DNA from: Candidatus Poribacteria bacterium
Lineage (GTDB): Bacteria; Poribacteria; WGA-4E; PCPOR2b
Direction of reading: 5' to 3'
DNA length: 64,000 nucleotides
NCBI GenBank assembly: GCA_965218095.1
Contig: OZ244587.1
Coordinates: 2,464,001 to 2,528,000, forward strand
Numbering within the stretch: the first letter of the stretch is position 1; the number at the start of each line of letters is the position of its first letter. The notes beneath the pieces were generated by a model that made no database searches, had not been told where the DNA came from, and was given only the letters and a program-made list of their open reading frames with translations. The translations under genes were made by a program, and so were the position numbers. Positions 1 to 9,996 of the stretch are shown in pieces.

Positions 1-337
1 CGCTGACAACGAGGTTGAGTTCAGCGGCTGTACGCCACTGCACAAGCGGGTCAGACGCCTCCGCTCGCGAGTCAGCATTCAGACGGATCCCCACAATCCC
101 TTGCTCCGTCCAGTGGCGCATCTTCTCTCCGGTATCGGTCTTTTCCACAAGCATCGCAGAAGCCAAGCGCCTTGGATCAGATCGCAGACATTCGACATGA
201 TAGCTATTGTCGGTTTGTCCTTGGTGTTGGATTAAGACCGCTTTGTCAACTGAGGATTGCCTCATGTGGTAGAGCAGAGATTCGATGGGTTCGTATTTGT
301 CCAGTCCGGAATGGCAGTGGGTGTCAACGATGGTCAT
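1..337 (-). CDS. Amidohydrolase family protein (Amidohydro_2-like), 5' part; runs off window start
   Basis: Manual translation, not in ORF track: MTIVDTHCHSGLDKYEPIESLLYHMRQSSVDKAVLIQ...GIVGIRL; N-terminal D-x-H-x-H metal motif; frame open to position 1. Confidence 0.8.
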   Translation of the reverse strand, partial: MTIVDTHCHSGLDKYEPIESLLYHMRQSSVDKAVLIQHQGQTDNSYHVECLRSDPRRLASAMLVEKTDTGEKMRHWTEQGIVGIRLNADSRAEASDPLVQWRTAAELNLVVS

Positions 338-525
338 TTATAAAGTCCTTTCTTCAAGTGATGATGAGAACGAATAGTTGACGTATTTCGTATTTCGTAT
401 TTTTTGACCCCTACGCACTATGCAATACGTTATATGTGAGGTAAGTTTCAGGAAAATGAACCATTCCCATACAATACCTCCAAAGCACAGGAGCGACAAA
501 AGAATAGGAGAGGAATCACAGTATG

Positions 526-1002
526 TTATCTCTCCCGCTTCTCCAAATTTTCGTGCCAATAGATCGCTTCGATGGCGCGATACTCTCCCTCTGGTTCAAA
601 ATTGACACGATGAATTTTTGGCACACGGTGCACTGTGCTATTGCTAATCGCTTGTGTGCCGCCAAGGTAGAAGCCTGAGTGTTTACGGATACTCCCATCA
701 GGAAGCTGTTTAGGTTCCCAGACAAGGACACTCCCGACCTTCGGTTGTTCTATTTTTTGCCAACCTGACCGGTTTAGATCTGCTTCCAAACCTCTGACAG
801 TTGTATGCAGATCTGCTACCAGCTTACAATGGAAGAGGATTGATGAGACGAAGTAGGCACAGGAGAGTTTCCCATCTCGCAGGATATCCTTCTCTTCGCT
901 ATCGACTTTGGCATATAAAGTTCTGAATAAGTCCGAATCAATGCTTCGCTGAATCATTAACATATAATTCTTAAAAAAACTCAATCTAGCTTGTTGTGTC
1001 AA
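526..1002 (-). CDS. Hypothetical protein, putative papain-like (NlpC/P60 superfamily) Cys-His hydrolase
   Basis: LSCAYFVSSIL...GSVLVW...HSGFYLG pattern; likely TTG start at 1002 after GGAGGGG RBS (ORF track extends to 1218). Confidence 0.55.
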   Translation of the reverse strand: MTQQARLSFFKNYMLMIQRSIDSDLFRTLYAKVDSEEKDILRDGKLSCAYFVSSILFHCKLVADLHTTVRGLEADLNRSGWQKIEQPKVGSVLVWEPKQLPDGSIRKHSGFYLGGTQAISNSTVHRVPKIHRVNFEPEGEYRAIEAIYWHENLEKRER

Positions 1003-1201
1003 AACACCCCTCCGAAAGGAAAAACCTGACCCAACGCCGGGTATCAGCCCTCCATCGAGAGCCGAAACAGCCTTGTAAAGTAGAGAAGCCTCCCTCCTGT
1101 TCAACAGCCAGCGATTGGAACACACAATACAAAAGACGCCAACCGCTGCTTCATAGATTGAAAAATGTGTCAACCAAATTATGAACCAGCCCCATGAAAA
1201 A

Positions 1202-3574
1202 TCAAACAAATATGCCACAGCGATTTAGCGCTGCCAATGCAGCTTCAGCGATACCCCCGGCGTCAATACCAAAATGCCTGTACAAATCAGTGCGTGTCCC
1301 GGATTGCCCAAATTCATCCACCCCAAGGGGGATGACAAGTGCCCCGTAGACACTGCCTAGCCAGGCTAGCGCATGAGATGCCCCATCATGGACGGTGATA
1401 ATCGGTGCGTACCTTTCGTTAGCCGGAATGAGCCAATCAAAGGGATCAGCCACCTGCCCCTGCTGCATTGTGTGCCACGCCTCGAACAAACGGCGTGGGC
1501 TAGTCAAATTGAGGACATTGACCGCCGCCCCTTTCTCCCGGAGATAGTTCGCTGCTTCAATCGCTTCTGGAATCATTGCGCCCGTTGTCGCAATATGCAC
1601 GAGGCGTTCTTTGTGTCCGATGGGTTCAGCAGCACGCCAGTCGACAAGCCGGTATCCGCCAGCCAAAACCTGACGCCGCAACTCGTCCGTCCCCAGACGC
1701 CCCAGGGCTGGCGTGAGAAGCTGCTGGTCAATTTCCTTGGTGGACAAGCGTAAATAGGTTGAACGTCCATCTACACGGTCACAACACTGGCGTATGCCCT
1801 CCAGTAACATCCATTCTAACTCTTGCGCAAAACACGGCTCGTAGGCATCGAGTTGGGGAATCTCAATGCCGAGTGAGGGCGTGACGGTAGACTGATGCGC
1901 ACCTCCCTCGGACGACAATGTGATACCTGACGGCGTTCCGACGAAGATAAACTTTGCCCCTGAATATTGGGCATAAATTAGCGCTTCGAGGCCGCGGCAA
2001 ACAAATGGATCGTAGACTGTGCCGATGGGGATGAGATGCTGCCCACAGAGTTCCGCTGACAGTCCGAACATACCCAGCAACATGAAAAGGTTCATCTCGG
2101 AGATTCCTAATTCAATATGCCTTCCCTGCGGCCCATACCTCCACTTCCTGAGCTGGTTCGCTTCAGTCTCATAGTCAGGCAATTCGTGTGGTGAAAACAC
2201 CCCTGTTTTGATAATCCAGCCCGATAGATTGGTCGACACCGAGACATCCGGCGAAGCCGTGATGATTCGATCAGCCAACTGAGGCACACGATCCAGACGC
2301 ATCAACAGCCGACCAAAAGATTGCTGGGTACTCAAAACACCTTTGGTCGGGATAGAAAGCCCCCCCGGCACATCACTGACGGAAAGTGTCACGGGCGGCG
2401 CAGGATTGCTAGCAAAGAGCCGAGCGGCAGCTTCGCTGCAGAGTTGCCCAGCGGGTGAAACCGAATCAAATCGCGCCCAATCGTCGCTGTCCGGCACGCC
2501 GAGGGTCTGGCGCAAAGCGACTATCTGTTCCTCCGAAAGAAGCATGGAATGATTGAGCGGGTGTCCAGCCATTGGGGTGCCCCAGCCTTTGATGGTATAA
2601 GCGAAAATAATGGTGGGTCGGTTGCGTTCAGCTTCAGCCTGTGACAGCACGGTCAGTAATTCTTCCAAATCGTGCCCACCCAGGTTACTCAGCACCGACG
2701 GCAGCACATCGTCCGGTATATCTTGAATAACGGAAGCGAGCCCGGAATAATCAATGCCGTTATCCGCCAGAAGGCGGGAACGTAGTTGCTCACCCGGTAA
2801 ACGAATGAGCGCCTGATATTCTTCATTGCTCATGTCGTCAATTCGCTGGCGCAAGGCAGCACCGCCAGGTCGCTTAAAGAGGGCTTGAAGCGTGCGACCA
2901 TATTTGGCCTTAAGTACCTGCCAACCACTTTCATCAAATAGATGCTCAAGCTGACGTGCCCGAATGCCCGGTACAACCCGGTCGAGGCTTTGGCGGTTGA
3001 GATCTACAATCCAGATGAGGTTGTCCAACCTCTCCAGGGCCTGGTCCAGAATTGCCTCCCACACGTTGCCTTCGTCCAATTCGGCATCACCAATTAGCCC
3101 CACGAAACGTCGCGAATTCACATGGCCGAAGTGGGATTTGGCGTAGCGATGGGCTAACGCCCCAAAAGCGGGCGCAACCGCCCCCAGACCAACTGAACCA
3201 GTAGAAAAATCAACCAGGTCCGGATCTTTCGTCCGACTTGGGTAAGCTTGTAGACCGCCATACGACCGAAACATGGTCAGGTATTCTTGCGGAAGCCGAC
3301 CCAAAAGGTACTGAATGGCGTGAAAGACCGGCGATGCGTGAGGCTTGATAGAAACCCGGTCGCCTGCTGTAAGGAAATGGAAATAGAGTGCCGTCATGAT
3401 CGAAACCACTGACGCCGAGGAAGCCTGGTGCCCACCGACCTTCGTCTGGTCCGAATTGGGGCGGAGATAGTTGGCGTGATGAACAATAAGCGTTGCCAGC
3501 CAGAGGACGCGCTGCTGGATTGTGTTCAATGTCTTCAGTAGTTCTTTTGAAATGTCCCCATTGTGATTTTCCAA
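1202..3574 (-). CDS. TPP-dependent 2-oxoacid dehydrogenase E1, homodimeric AceE/transketolase-like
   Basis: 790 aa; GGHQASSAS, STGSVGLG, GDAELDEG TPP motif, EGGAHQS; RBS GGAGGAAGG upstream of TTG. Confidence 0.85.
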   Translation of the reverse strand: MENHNGDISKELLKTLNTIQQRVLWLATLIVHHANYLRPNSDQTKVGGHQASSASVVSIMTALYFHFLTAGDRVSIKPHASPVFHAIQYLLGRLPQEYLTMFRSYGGLQAYPSRTKDPDLVDFSTGSVGLGAVAPAFGALAHRYAKSHFGHVNSRRFVGLIGDAELDEGNVWEAILDQALERLDNLIWIVDLNRQSLDRVVPGIRARQLEHLFDESGWQVLKAKYGRTLQALFKRPGGAALRQRIDDMSNEEYQALIRLPGEQLRSRLLADNGIDYSGLASVIQDIPDDVLPSVLSNLGGHDLEELLTVLSQAEAERNRPTIIFAYTIKGWGTPMAGHPLNHSMLLSEEQIVALRQTLGVPDSDDWARFDSVSPAGQLCSEAAARLFASNPAPPVTLSVSDVPGGLSIPTKGVLSTQQSFGRLLMRLDRVPQLADRIITASPDVSVSTNLSGWIIKTGVFSPHELPDYETEANQLRKWRYGPQGRHIELGISEMNLFMLLGMFGLSAELCGQHLIPIGTVYDPFVCRGLEALIYAQYSGAKFIFVGTPSGITLSSEGGAHQSTVTPSLGIEIPQLDAYEPCFAQELEWMLLEGIRQCCDRVDGRSTYLRLSTKEIDQQLLTPALGRLGTDELRRQVLAGGYRLVDWRAAEPIGHKERLVHIATTGAMIPEAIEAANYLREKGAAVNVLNLTSPRRLFEAWHTMQQGQVADPFDWLIPANERYAPIITVHDGASHALAWLGSVYGALVIPLGVDEFGQSGTRTDLYRHFGIDAGGIAEAALAALNRCGIFV

Positions 3575-3591
3575 AACCTTCCTCCTGTTTT

Positions 3592-4733
3592 GGTATCACT
3601 CCACTAAAGTGTGGAGTGATGACTTGATAAGAAGGGGATCCACTGACTACCTTTATGTATCCCAACCCAAAAGGAGTCACCAAATGGATCCCAACAGATA
3701 TTTTGTCACAATCCTGATTGTCCGGCAAGAGAAAAATCAACCGAGGCAATATAGGTGTTCATAGTCGAAAACAACGACGTTACATCTGCCACGAATGTAA
3801 GCAGACGTTTACCCAGACCAAAGGGACCCTGTTCTACCGCCTTCGCTATTCGCTTGACTTTGTCACATAGGTCATCACCCTATTGGCCTATGGCTATCCG
3901 CTTCAGGCGACTATCGCTGCCTTTGGCATAGACATAGATGAACGAACCGTGGTCAGTTAGCAGCAGCGTACCGGGGAACACTGTCAGCAGGTTCATCAGC
4001 ATCTGGTACAGCAACCACGTAACCTGGGTCAAGTGCAGGCTGATGAGATACGGGTCAAATACCAGGGTGGGCCTGGCTGGCAGGCACCGTCAGCGCCTGC
4101 CGCGATGGTGCTCAGCGTCTAATCCAACAGGTGCGTCACGTTGTTAAGGATTTCGCACAGCCATCTTCACCGGCAAAGCGAGGACACCTTCAACTTCGCG
4201 TTTGGCATCATCTCTGCATCATGCAGGTCATCAAGCAGCATGCCCAAAAGCAACCTAGGCGAGTGAGTGGTGTCGTTGAGCGTATCGTTTGTGGCACATC
4301 GCAGCAGGTAAAGACCTTGATAAAACAGACGCAACGCACGACGACTGTGCATGTGAGCTACATCCAAAGGCTTAACGGGACATTTCGCGCTTGCATCAGT
4401 GTTCTGGTTCGTCGGGGACGTGGCTTGGCACGTCTGCTAGGAACGCTTGAGCAAGCGATGTATCTGATGGGTTATGTCTACAACTTTTGCACGCCTCATC
4501 AGAGTCTGCGTCTGGTGTTATATCTGCCGAACAATCGTCGTCAATGGGTAGAAAGAACGCCAGGGATAGCTGCTGGCATCACCGATCATCTCTGGACAGT
4601 GGAACAGTTGCCCTCTTATCAGGTCCCCCTCTCCGCCCTGGCAGCCGCCCCGGCAACGAGGAAGGGCTTCTGCGAAAATCAAGGCACTTATTTAGCGCTA
4701 TCTTTTATGACCACACTTAACTGCGGAGCTACC
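3592..4733 (+). mobile_element. Degenerate IS1-family-like insertion sequence
   Basis: Imperfect 23-bp terminal IRs GGTATCACTCCACTAAAGTGTGG / GGTAGCTCCGCAGTTAAGTGTGG (17/23); Zn-ribbon N-terminus (CHNPDC...CHEC), QADEIRVK, YIQRLNGTFR, YNFC..H..L, RTPGIAAGITDHLWT; no target duplication seen. Confidence 0.75.
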
Positions 4734-4736
4734 TAA
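3684..4736 (+). pseudogene. IS1-like transposase pseudogene
   Basis: In-frame TAG at 3868 and 3958, several frameshifts, and an apparent internal deletion near 4080. Confidence 0.75.
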
Positions 4737-4864
4737 AAAGCCCGTATCAGTATTATTGGCAAATTAAATGCGCCTGGTTCGTAAGGGACGATTTATATAT
4801 AGAGCGATGTACGAAAACTTTGCTTTCGCAGCGCAGCAGGTTTGGGTACTCCGGATTATATGTC

Positions 4865-5995
4865 TCACCTTGCCTCCCAGGCAACACCGCGTCGTGGAAA
4901 CAGGACGCTTCTCTGTTTTTCGATGGCGTCAAACAGTCCAACCCCGTACTTTTCGCGGTATCCCCGGTGATGATGTTCTTCGTACGCGGTGACTTGAGTC
5001 AATGGCAGATCAACTGGTTCTCCACCGCGTCGCGCGGATTCGCGGAGGGCGATGAGGATTTCCTGATCCTTTCGCCCGTTGATCGCACCGTACTCCGGCT
5101 TGATGTCTTCGACAACAGCCCGGTAGATACTATACAATTCCGCGCCACGCGCCACATCGTCAGCATTTTGCAGACCAAATGCCTTCAGCGGATTTTCCCA
5201 GATCAGCGGCGGATCGGTGTCAACGCAAGCATGATCAACGACGGTCACGCCATTCGCTCCCGTCATGATGGTTTGAATCGGATAGGTTTTTGTGTCCACC
5301 CCTTCATAGAGTTGCAATTCGTTGCCGACGATTGCTCCTTCCGTCCCATCAATTTCCCAATAGGCGCCGCGTCGTCGTGTTGGAAGTTCGTAAACGAGGG
5401 AGACGCCGTTCTCAAATTCGACGAAGCCGACTTCTCATGCTCCGCCGCCGATCTCTTTGGCGTGTCCGACAACGCGCGCCGCTTCGCTCTGCACGAGTGT
5501 CCGGATCGCGTTCATACCGTGATACGACCCAGAGGCATACCAGAGATGGGCGTGAGTAATCTCGCCAATCAGCCCCGCATCGACAATCTTCCGCTTGAGA
5601 CGTTCATGGGGCCATCGCCAGACATTCTCAGCGACTTCCAGCTTGACGCCGTATCGCGCGGCGGCGTCGATTATCCGATCCGCACACGGGAGAGTTGTCG
5701 CGATCGGCGTCTCCGTAATCACATGGACACCTTGCGACGCCGCAATCTCCGCGATCACATGGTGTCCATCAGGGGGAACCGTAATCAAAATCACGTCCGG
5801 CGATTCCGCCTCAATCAATGTTTCAACGTCTGTATAGCCAGAAACTGCCATGCGTTGAGCGACTTCCGTAGCGCGATTTTCGTCAATATCGCAGACGCCG
5901 ACCAACTGATAAATCGGATCGAGCTTGGGAATTGTGTTCAGGTGTGCGCTTGCTCGACCTCCTGTACCGACAACGGCTATTTTCAACTTTTTCAT
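4865..5995 (-). pseudogene. Gfo/Idh/MocA oxidoreductase interrupted by one in-frame TGA (5435-5437)
   Basis: KIAVVGTGGR Rossmann start, HVITETPIA; ORFs 5435-5995 and 4865-5317 share a frame and read GGGA*EVGFVEFENGV. Confidence 0.8.
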
Positions 5996-6010
5996 GATAG
6001 ATTCCTTGAG

Positions 6011-6898
6011 TCAAAACCGCAATTCTGCTGAAATAAAATCTGACGCGAAGTCGTGTTCATAGATGCGACCGTAGTCGATCCGAAACCGCTTCCAATCGAA
6101 TCCCAATCCCAAAGTCCAATCCTGATCAGACCGTCCGCCGCGCACACGAATGAAGGCGTTCACTTTCCATTCGATACCTGAATAAAGATCTGCCCTGGCG
6201 GGGTGAGATCGTGGTAATGCGACATCGATAGCGAATAACAGACGCCACCAGTCATATGCCACGCCGAGCGTCAACCAACGGATACCACGCTCACGCGGCA
6301 AATGCTGGGCGAGAACTCCGAATTTGAGATCGGAACGCGGTTTGACAAGGAGGGCAAGATCGTAGGAGGGAGAAGTCCCGAAAAATTGGTAATCATCACT
6401 TGGGTGTTTGCGTTTGAACTTGAGGCTTGCGCCAATTGCGATATGTGGACTGATCTGGCGTGCTAATGAATAGTAGTTGAAATCTGGCGTCCCCGATTCG
6501 ACGCCGAGCGCGATTTCGTTCCCCCAGAATAGGCCGTATCCGCGATAGGCGTAGCTGATTCCTTTTGGATCAAAGGCATAGTCGGATCGATTATGGAATT
6601 TATTGACGCCAAAGAGCTTGACCCCTTGCCCCTGAATCAATCCGGCAGGATTCCAGAAGCCGGCTGTTGCGTCGTCGGCAATGGCTGTAAACGCATTGCC
6701 CATCCCCAAAGCCCTTGCCCCAACATAAAGCGGACGCGCCTCTTCAAACGGAAAGGCTGCGGAGAGGGTGGTGGACGCAGTAAGGAATAATGCAATGATT
6801 GCTGGAACATGATACGTGATACGAATCTTTCCCTTCCTTCCTTTCCTTCCTACCCACTTACTCACCCATTCGCTCCTACCCTCCTTCCATTCTTCCAT
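6011..6898 (-). CDS. PorV/PorQ(FadL)-like outer-membrane beta-barrel protein
   Basis: GARALGMGNAFTAIADDATAGFWNPAGL motif, signal-like segment, C-terminal Phe; start uncertain because the N-terminus derives from purine-rich repeats. Confidence 0.75.
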   Translation of the reverse strand: MEEWKEGRSEWVSKWVGRKGRKGKIRITYHVPAIIALFLTASTTLSAAFPFEEARPLYVGARALGMGNAFTAIADDATAGFWNPAGLIQGQGVKLFGVNKFHNRSDYAFDPKGISYAYRGYGLFWGNEIALGVESGTPDFNYYSLARQISPHIAIGASLKFKRKHPSDDYQFFGTSPSYDLALLVKPRSDLKFGVLAQHLPRERGIRWLTLGVAYDWWRLLFAIDVALPRSHPARADLYSGIEWKVNAFIRVRGGRSDQDWTLGLGFDWKRFRIDYGRIYEHDFASDFISAELRF

Positions 6899-7869
6899 TT
6901 TTCTATCCCTTTTTCTGCTGCTGCCAATACGTCCTCAACAGTAATATCCTCCATACTTTTACGAGCAATCACTGTGTGCTGGGGCCAAATTGGCCCCCAC
7001 TGCAGCGGATTCGATGCTCCGAAAAGCGCAATTGTCGGGGTTTTGACCGCTGTGCCGATATGCATGGGGCCCGTATCATTGCTGATGAAGAGGTCATATT
7101 TTTGGATCATCGCTGCGAGCTGCATCGGTGTTGTTCCCGTGACGACAATTGGTTTGCTGGACATCAGCCCCACGACCTCGTGAGGCAGCGTTCCTTCCCA
7201 ACCGCCCGCCGTGATAAAGATCTGGGCGTCGTATTCTTGGTGAAGCCAATCTCCCACCTTTGCAAACCCCACTTCTGACCAGCGGCGGTAGGTTGCCCCT
7301 GCCCCAGGGTTAAGTCCAATCAGTGGTCGGTCAAAAGGGATTCCAGCGTTCGCGAGGAAATCATCCGCCCACTTCTGCCCCGCTGCATCCACAAACATCT
7401 CCGGTTCGTCGCTATCCGGCTCAACACCAAGTCCACGCACAACATCAAGGTATCTGGCGGTTTCGTGCTGATTGATGTTATTGGGAACGGTGATATGCAA
7501 CAACCTCCTCCCGCCAGAATTGGTCTCAAAACCGACCCGAAAAGGGATACGTGCAAGGAATGTGTGCAGCACCAGGCGAAATGTGGGTTGGAGAACAACT
7601 GCCATCTGGAATGATTTTTTCATCAGTCCATAGATCAATTTGGGTATGGACATCTCGTAGGTGATGACCTCGTCCAGGTTCGGATTTGCGGCAACAAGTT
7701 CTTCGCGTGTAGGCGCTACCATGTAGGCGATGTAAGCCTCCGGGAAGCGTCGCCGCAGCGTCCGGATGACGGGGGTTGTTAAGATAGTCTCGCCGAGCGG
7801 TCCCATGCGCAGGATTAAGATGCGTTGGATCTGATCGAGATCAAAGTCCTTTTTGGAATGTATATTCAT
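6862..7869 (-). CDS. Glycosyltransferase family 9 (LPS heptosyltransferase-like)
   Basis: ILILRMGPLGETILTTP, LNPGA...RRW, ISNDTGPMHIG..V.TPTIALFG; start probably 7869. Confidence 0.85.
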   Translation of the reverse strand: MNIHSKKDFDLDQIQRILILRMGPLGETILTTPVIRTLRRRFPEAYIAYMVAPTREELVAANPNLDEVITYEMSIPKLIYGLMKKSFQMAVVLQPTFRLVLHTFLARIPFRVGFETNSGGRRLLHITVPNNINQHETARYLDVVRGLGVEPDSDEPEMFVDAAGQKWADDFLANAGIPFDRPLIGLNPGAGATYRRWSEVGFAKVGDWLHQEYDAQIFITAGGWEGTLPHEVVGLMSSKPIVVTGTTPMQLAAMIQKYDLFISNDTGPMHIGTAVKTPTIALFGASNPLQWGPIWPQHTVIARKSMEDITVEDVLAAAEKGIEKWKNGRRVGANG

Positions 7870-8089
7870 TTTCCGCTTGCCGTCTGGTCTCGATACGGCT
7901 TCGCTTGCTCGGCCGACGCAATAATGTGGCGTCTCATTACTCAACCTCAAAATACGCTTGGCTTTTTTTTTGTCAAAAGAGTTTGTAAACAGATAACGGC
8001 ACATCTGCATATGCGACACGAAGATGTTTCAAGGACAATCCGCCCATCAGAATTCTTTCATTCTTCGATGCTTCAATTCATTTCACGTT

Positions 8090-9751
8090 CTACGACGTCC
8101 CATGCTCTTCACAGTACTGAATACCGCCGAACTGCGTTGGTACATGAATAAACGTGACCGTATCCGCTGCTAACCCACGCTCGATTGCAGGAGCAAGCTG
8201 ATTGGGGTGTTCAATATACACGCCCTCCGCCCCAAGCGCCTCGGCGACCCGATCAAAACGGATTTCGCCAAACACCGTTCCTATGCGACGGTCTGGCGAG
8301 CGCGAATCGGCTTCGATGCCCCATGCACTGTCGTGTGCGACAATGGCGGTGTATGGCGTGTTGAAGCGTAGCGCCGTTTCGATTTCCGTAATTGTGAAGC
8401 CCGCAGCGCCATCACCGCTCAAGAGTAGTACCGGCTTTCCCGGACGGGCTAACTTTGCAGCGACGGCGCCGGGGACACCCCAACCGACAACGCCGCTTGC
8501 GCCGCACGTAAACCAGTATTCTGGGTGGCGGTTCCAAAGGGTCATGTGTCCCCAACGCCCGATATTTCCACCATCAAGCAGGAAGGTCACGTCCCCATCC
8601 AAAAATGGTTGGATTTCCCGACACATCCGCAGTGAAGTGAGCGGGCATGCCTCCTCATGTCCTCGCGTCGCCCACTTCGCTAACAACGCTTCGCGTCCTT
8701 CACGTACCTTTGCCAGCCACGCCCGATGGTTCCATGTAAAGTTGTTCCCTTCCATGTCCATCTGTTCAAGGGCAGACCGCGAATCGCTGACAATCCCGAT
8801 TTCCGGCTCAATTGGTTTCGATAATTCGTTTGGATCGAAATCGACGCGGATAAAACGCACGGATTCTGAGAATACAGGTGGACGACCATATCCCAAACGG
8901 TAATCGATTCCCGCCCCTAATACCAACGCAACATCGGCTTCAGCAAGGCTTGCGAATGCCCCGTTGGTCTCGCCACCATAAGTTGCGCCGACATACTCAT
9001 GCAACGCCGTTTCGATACACCCACGTGACCACATATTTGAAAAAATCGGGATATACGTCAAAGCGGCGAATTTGGCAATCGCTTGACCAGCGTTGGCATA
9101 GAAGGTGCCGTTTCCAACGATGATTACCGGACGTTCTGCATTTGCCAACTGTCTAACCGCATCACGAATGAGATCCGGATCGCCGGGGGCGTGCGGGTTG
9201 ACCTGGGCAACAGGTGAAGGAGATTCATGTAACCGGTGAATGGCTGAATCTGGCATCTGCGCGGTGAAAACATCAACAGGTATGGTCAGGTGCACCGGTC
9301 CCGGGCGGCCAGATAATGCTAATCCAAGCGCGTTGGTGAATTCATGCTCTAATACCTTGATGCAATCGACAAACCGCGCGTATTTACAGATCGGCGCCGC
9401 CATGCCTACCTGATCGAGTTCCTGGAAATGCCCCATACCGCGCGTCTGTACGCTGGCGCAGCCGCTGATTAGAAGCATGGGTCCCCCATCCCAGGATGCA
9501 TTGGCAAGCCCTGTGAGTGTGTTCGTGTGCCCAGGCCCCGCACTCACAGCGACAACCCCAATTCGTTTGGTCATCCGTCCCCATGTATCTGCCATATACG
9601 CCGCGGACTGTTCGTTTCGCACGTCAATCACCTGCATCTTCAAATCAATGCATGCATCCAAGAACGGTTTGAGTCCGTTACCGCAAAGGGCGAAGACGAA
9701 TTCTACGCCACGCCGTTGGAGCGTGTCAACCAACCAGTGTGCACCGTTCAT
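8090..9751 (-). CDS. Thiamine-pyrophosphate-binding enzyme (acetolactate synthase-like family)
   Basis: VRNEQSAAYMAD, AGPGHTN, RPGPVHL, GDGAAGF. Confidence 0.85.
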   Translation of the reverse strand: MNGAHWLVDTLQRRGVEFVFALCGNGLKPFLDACIDLKMQVIDVRNEQSAAYMADTWGRMTKRIGVVAVSAGPGHTNTLTGLANASWDGGPMLLISGCASVQTRGMGHFQELDQVGMAAPICKYARFVDCIKVLEHEFTNALGLALSGRPGPVHLTIPVDVFTAQMPDSAIHRLHESPSPVAQVNPHAPGDPDLIRDAVRQLANAERPVIIVGNGTFYANAGQAIAKFAALTYIPIFSNMWSRGCIETALHEYVGATYGGETNGAFASLAEADVALVLGAGIDYRLGYGRPPVFSESVRFIRVDFDPNELSKPIEPEIGIVSDSRSALEQMDMEGNNFTWNHRAWLAKVREGREALLAKWATRGHEEACPLTSLRMCREIQPFLDGDVTFLLDGGNIGRWGHMTLWNRHPEYWFTCGASGVVGWGVPGAVAAKLARPGKPVLLLSGDGAAGFTITEIETALRFNTPYTAIVAHDSAWGIEADSRSPDRRIGTVFGEIRFDRVAEALGAEGVYIEHPNQLAPAIERGLAADTVTFIHVPTQFGGIQYCEEHGTS

Positions 9752-9996
9752 AAACTACCTCCCGATAATTATGATTTATGCCAGTTTTTTTGACTGCCTT
9801 TTGAAACATTTTCCGAATCAACGAGCATAATTTGAACGCAGAAAATCGAAAACGAAATGGCTCTGCGGGACCGATACCCTGTCGTTGACAGGTTTTTACA
9901 AAGCGCGAGGTGTGCTTCTGCAAGCCGCCCAGGATTTGTCTGTCCAGTCTACCCCCAATTAAAATCGGGGGTTTTGGATCGGGGACTTTGATAATT

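Noticed and set aside
4820-6031. 403-aa plus-strand ORF
   Set aside because: Antisense shadow of the Gfo/Idh/MocA gene with no motifs
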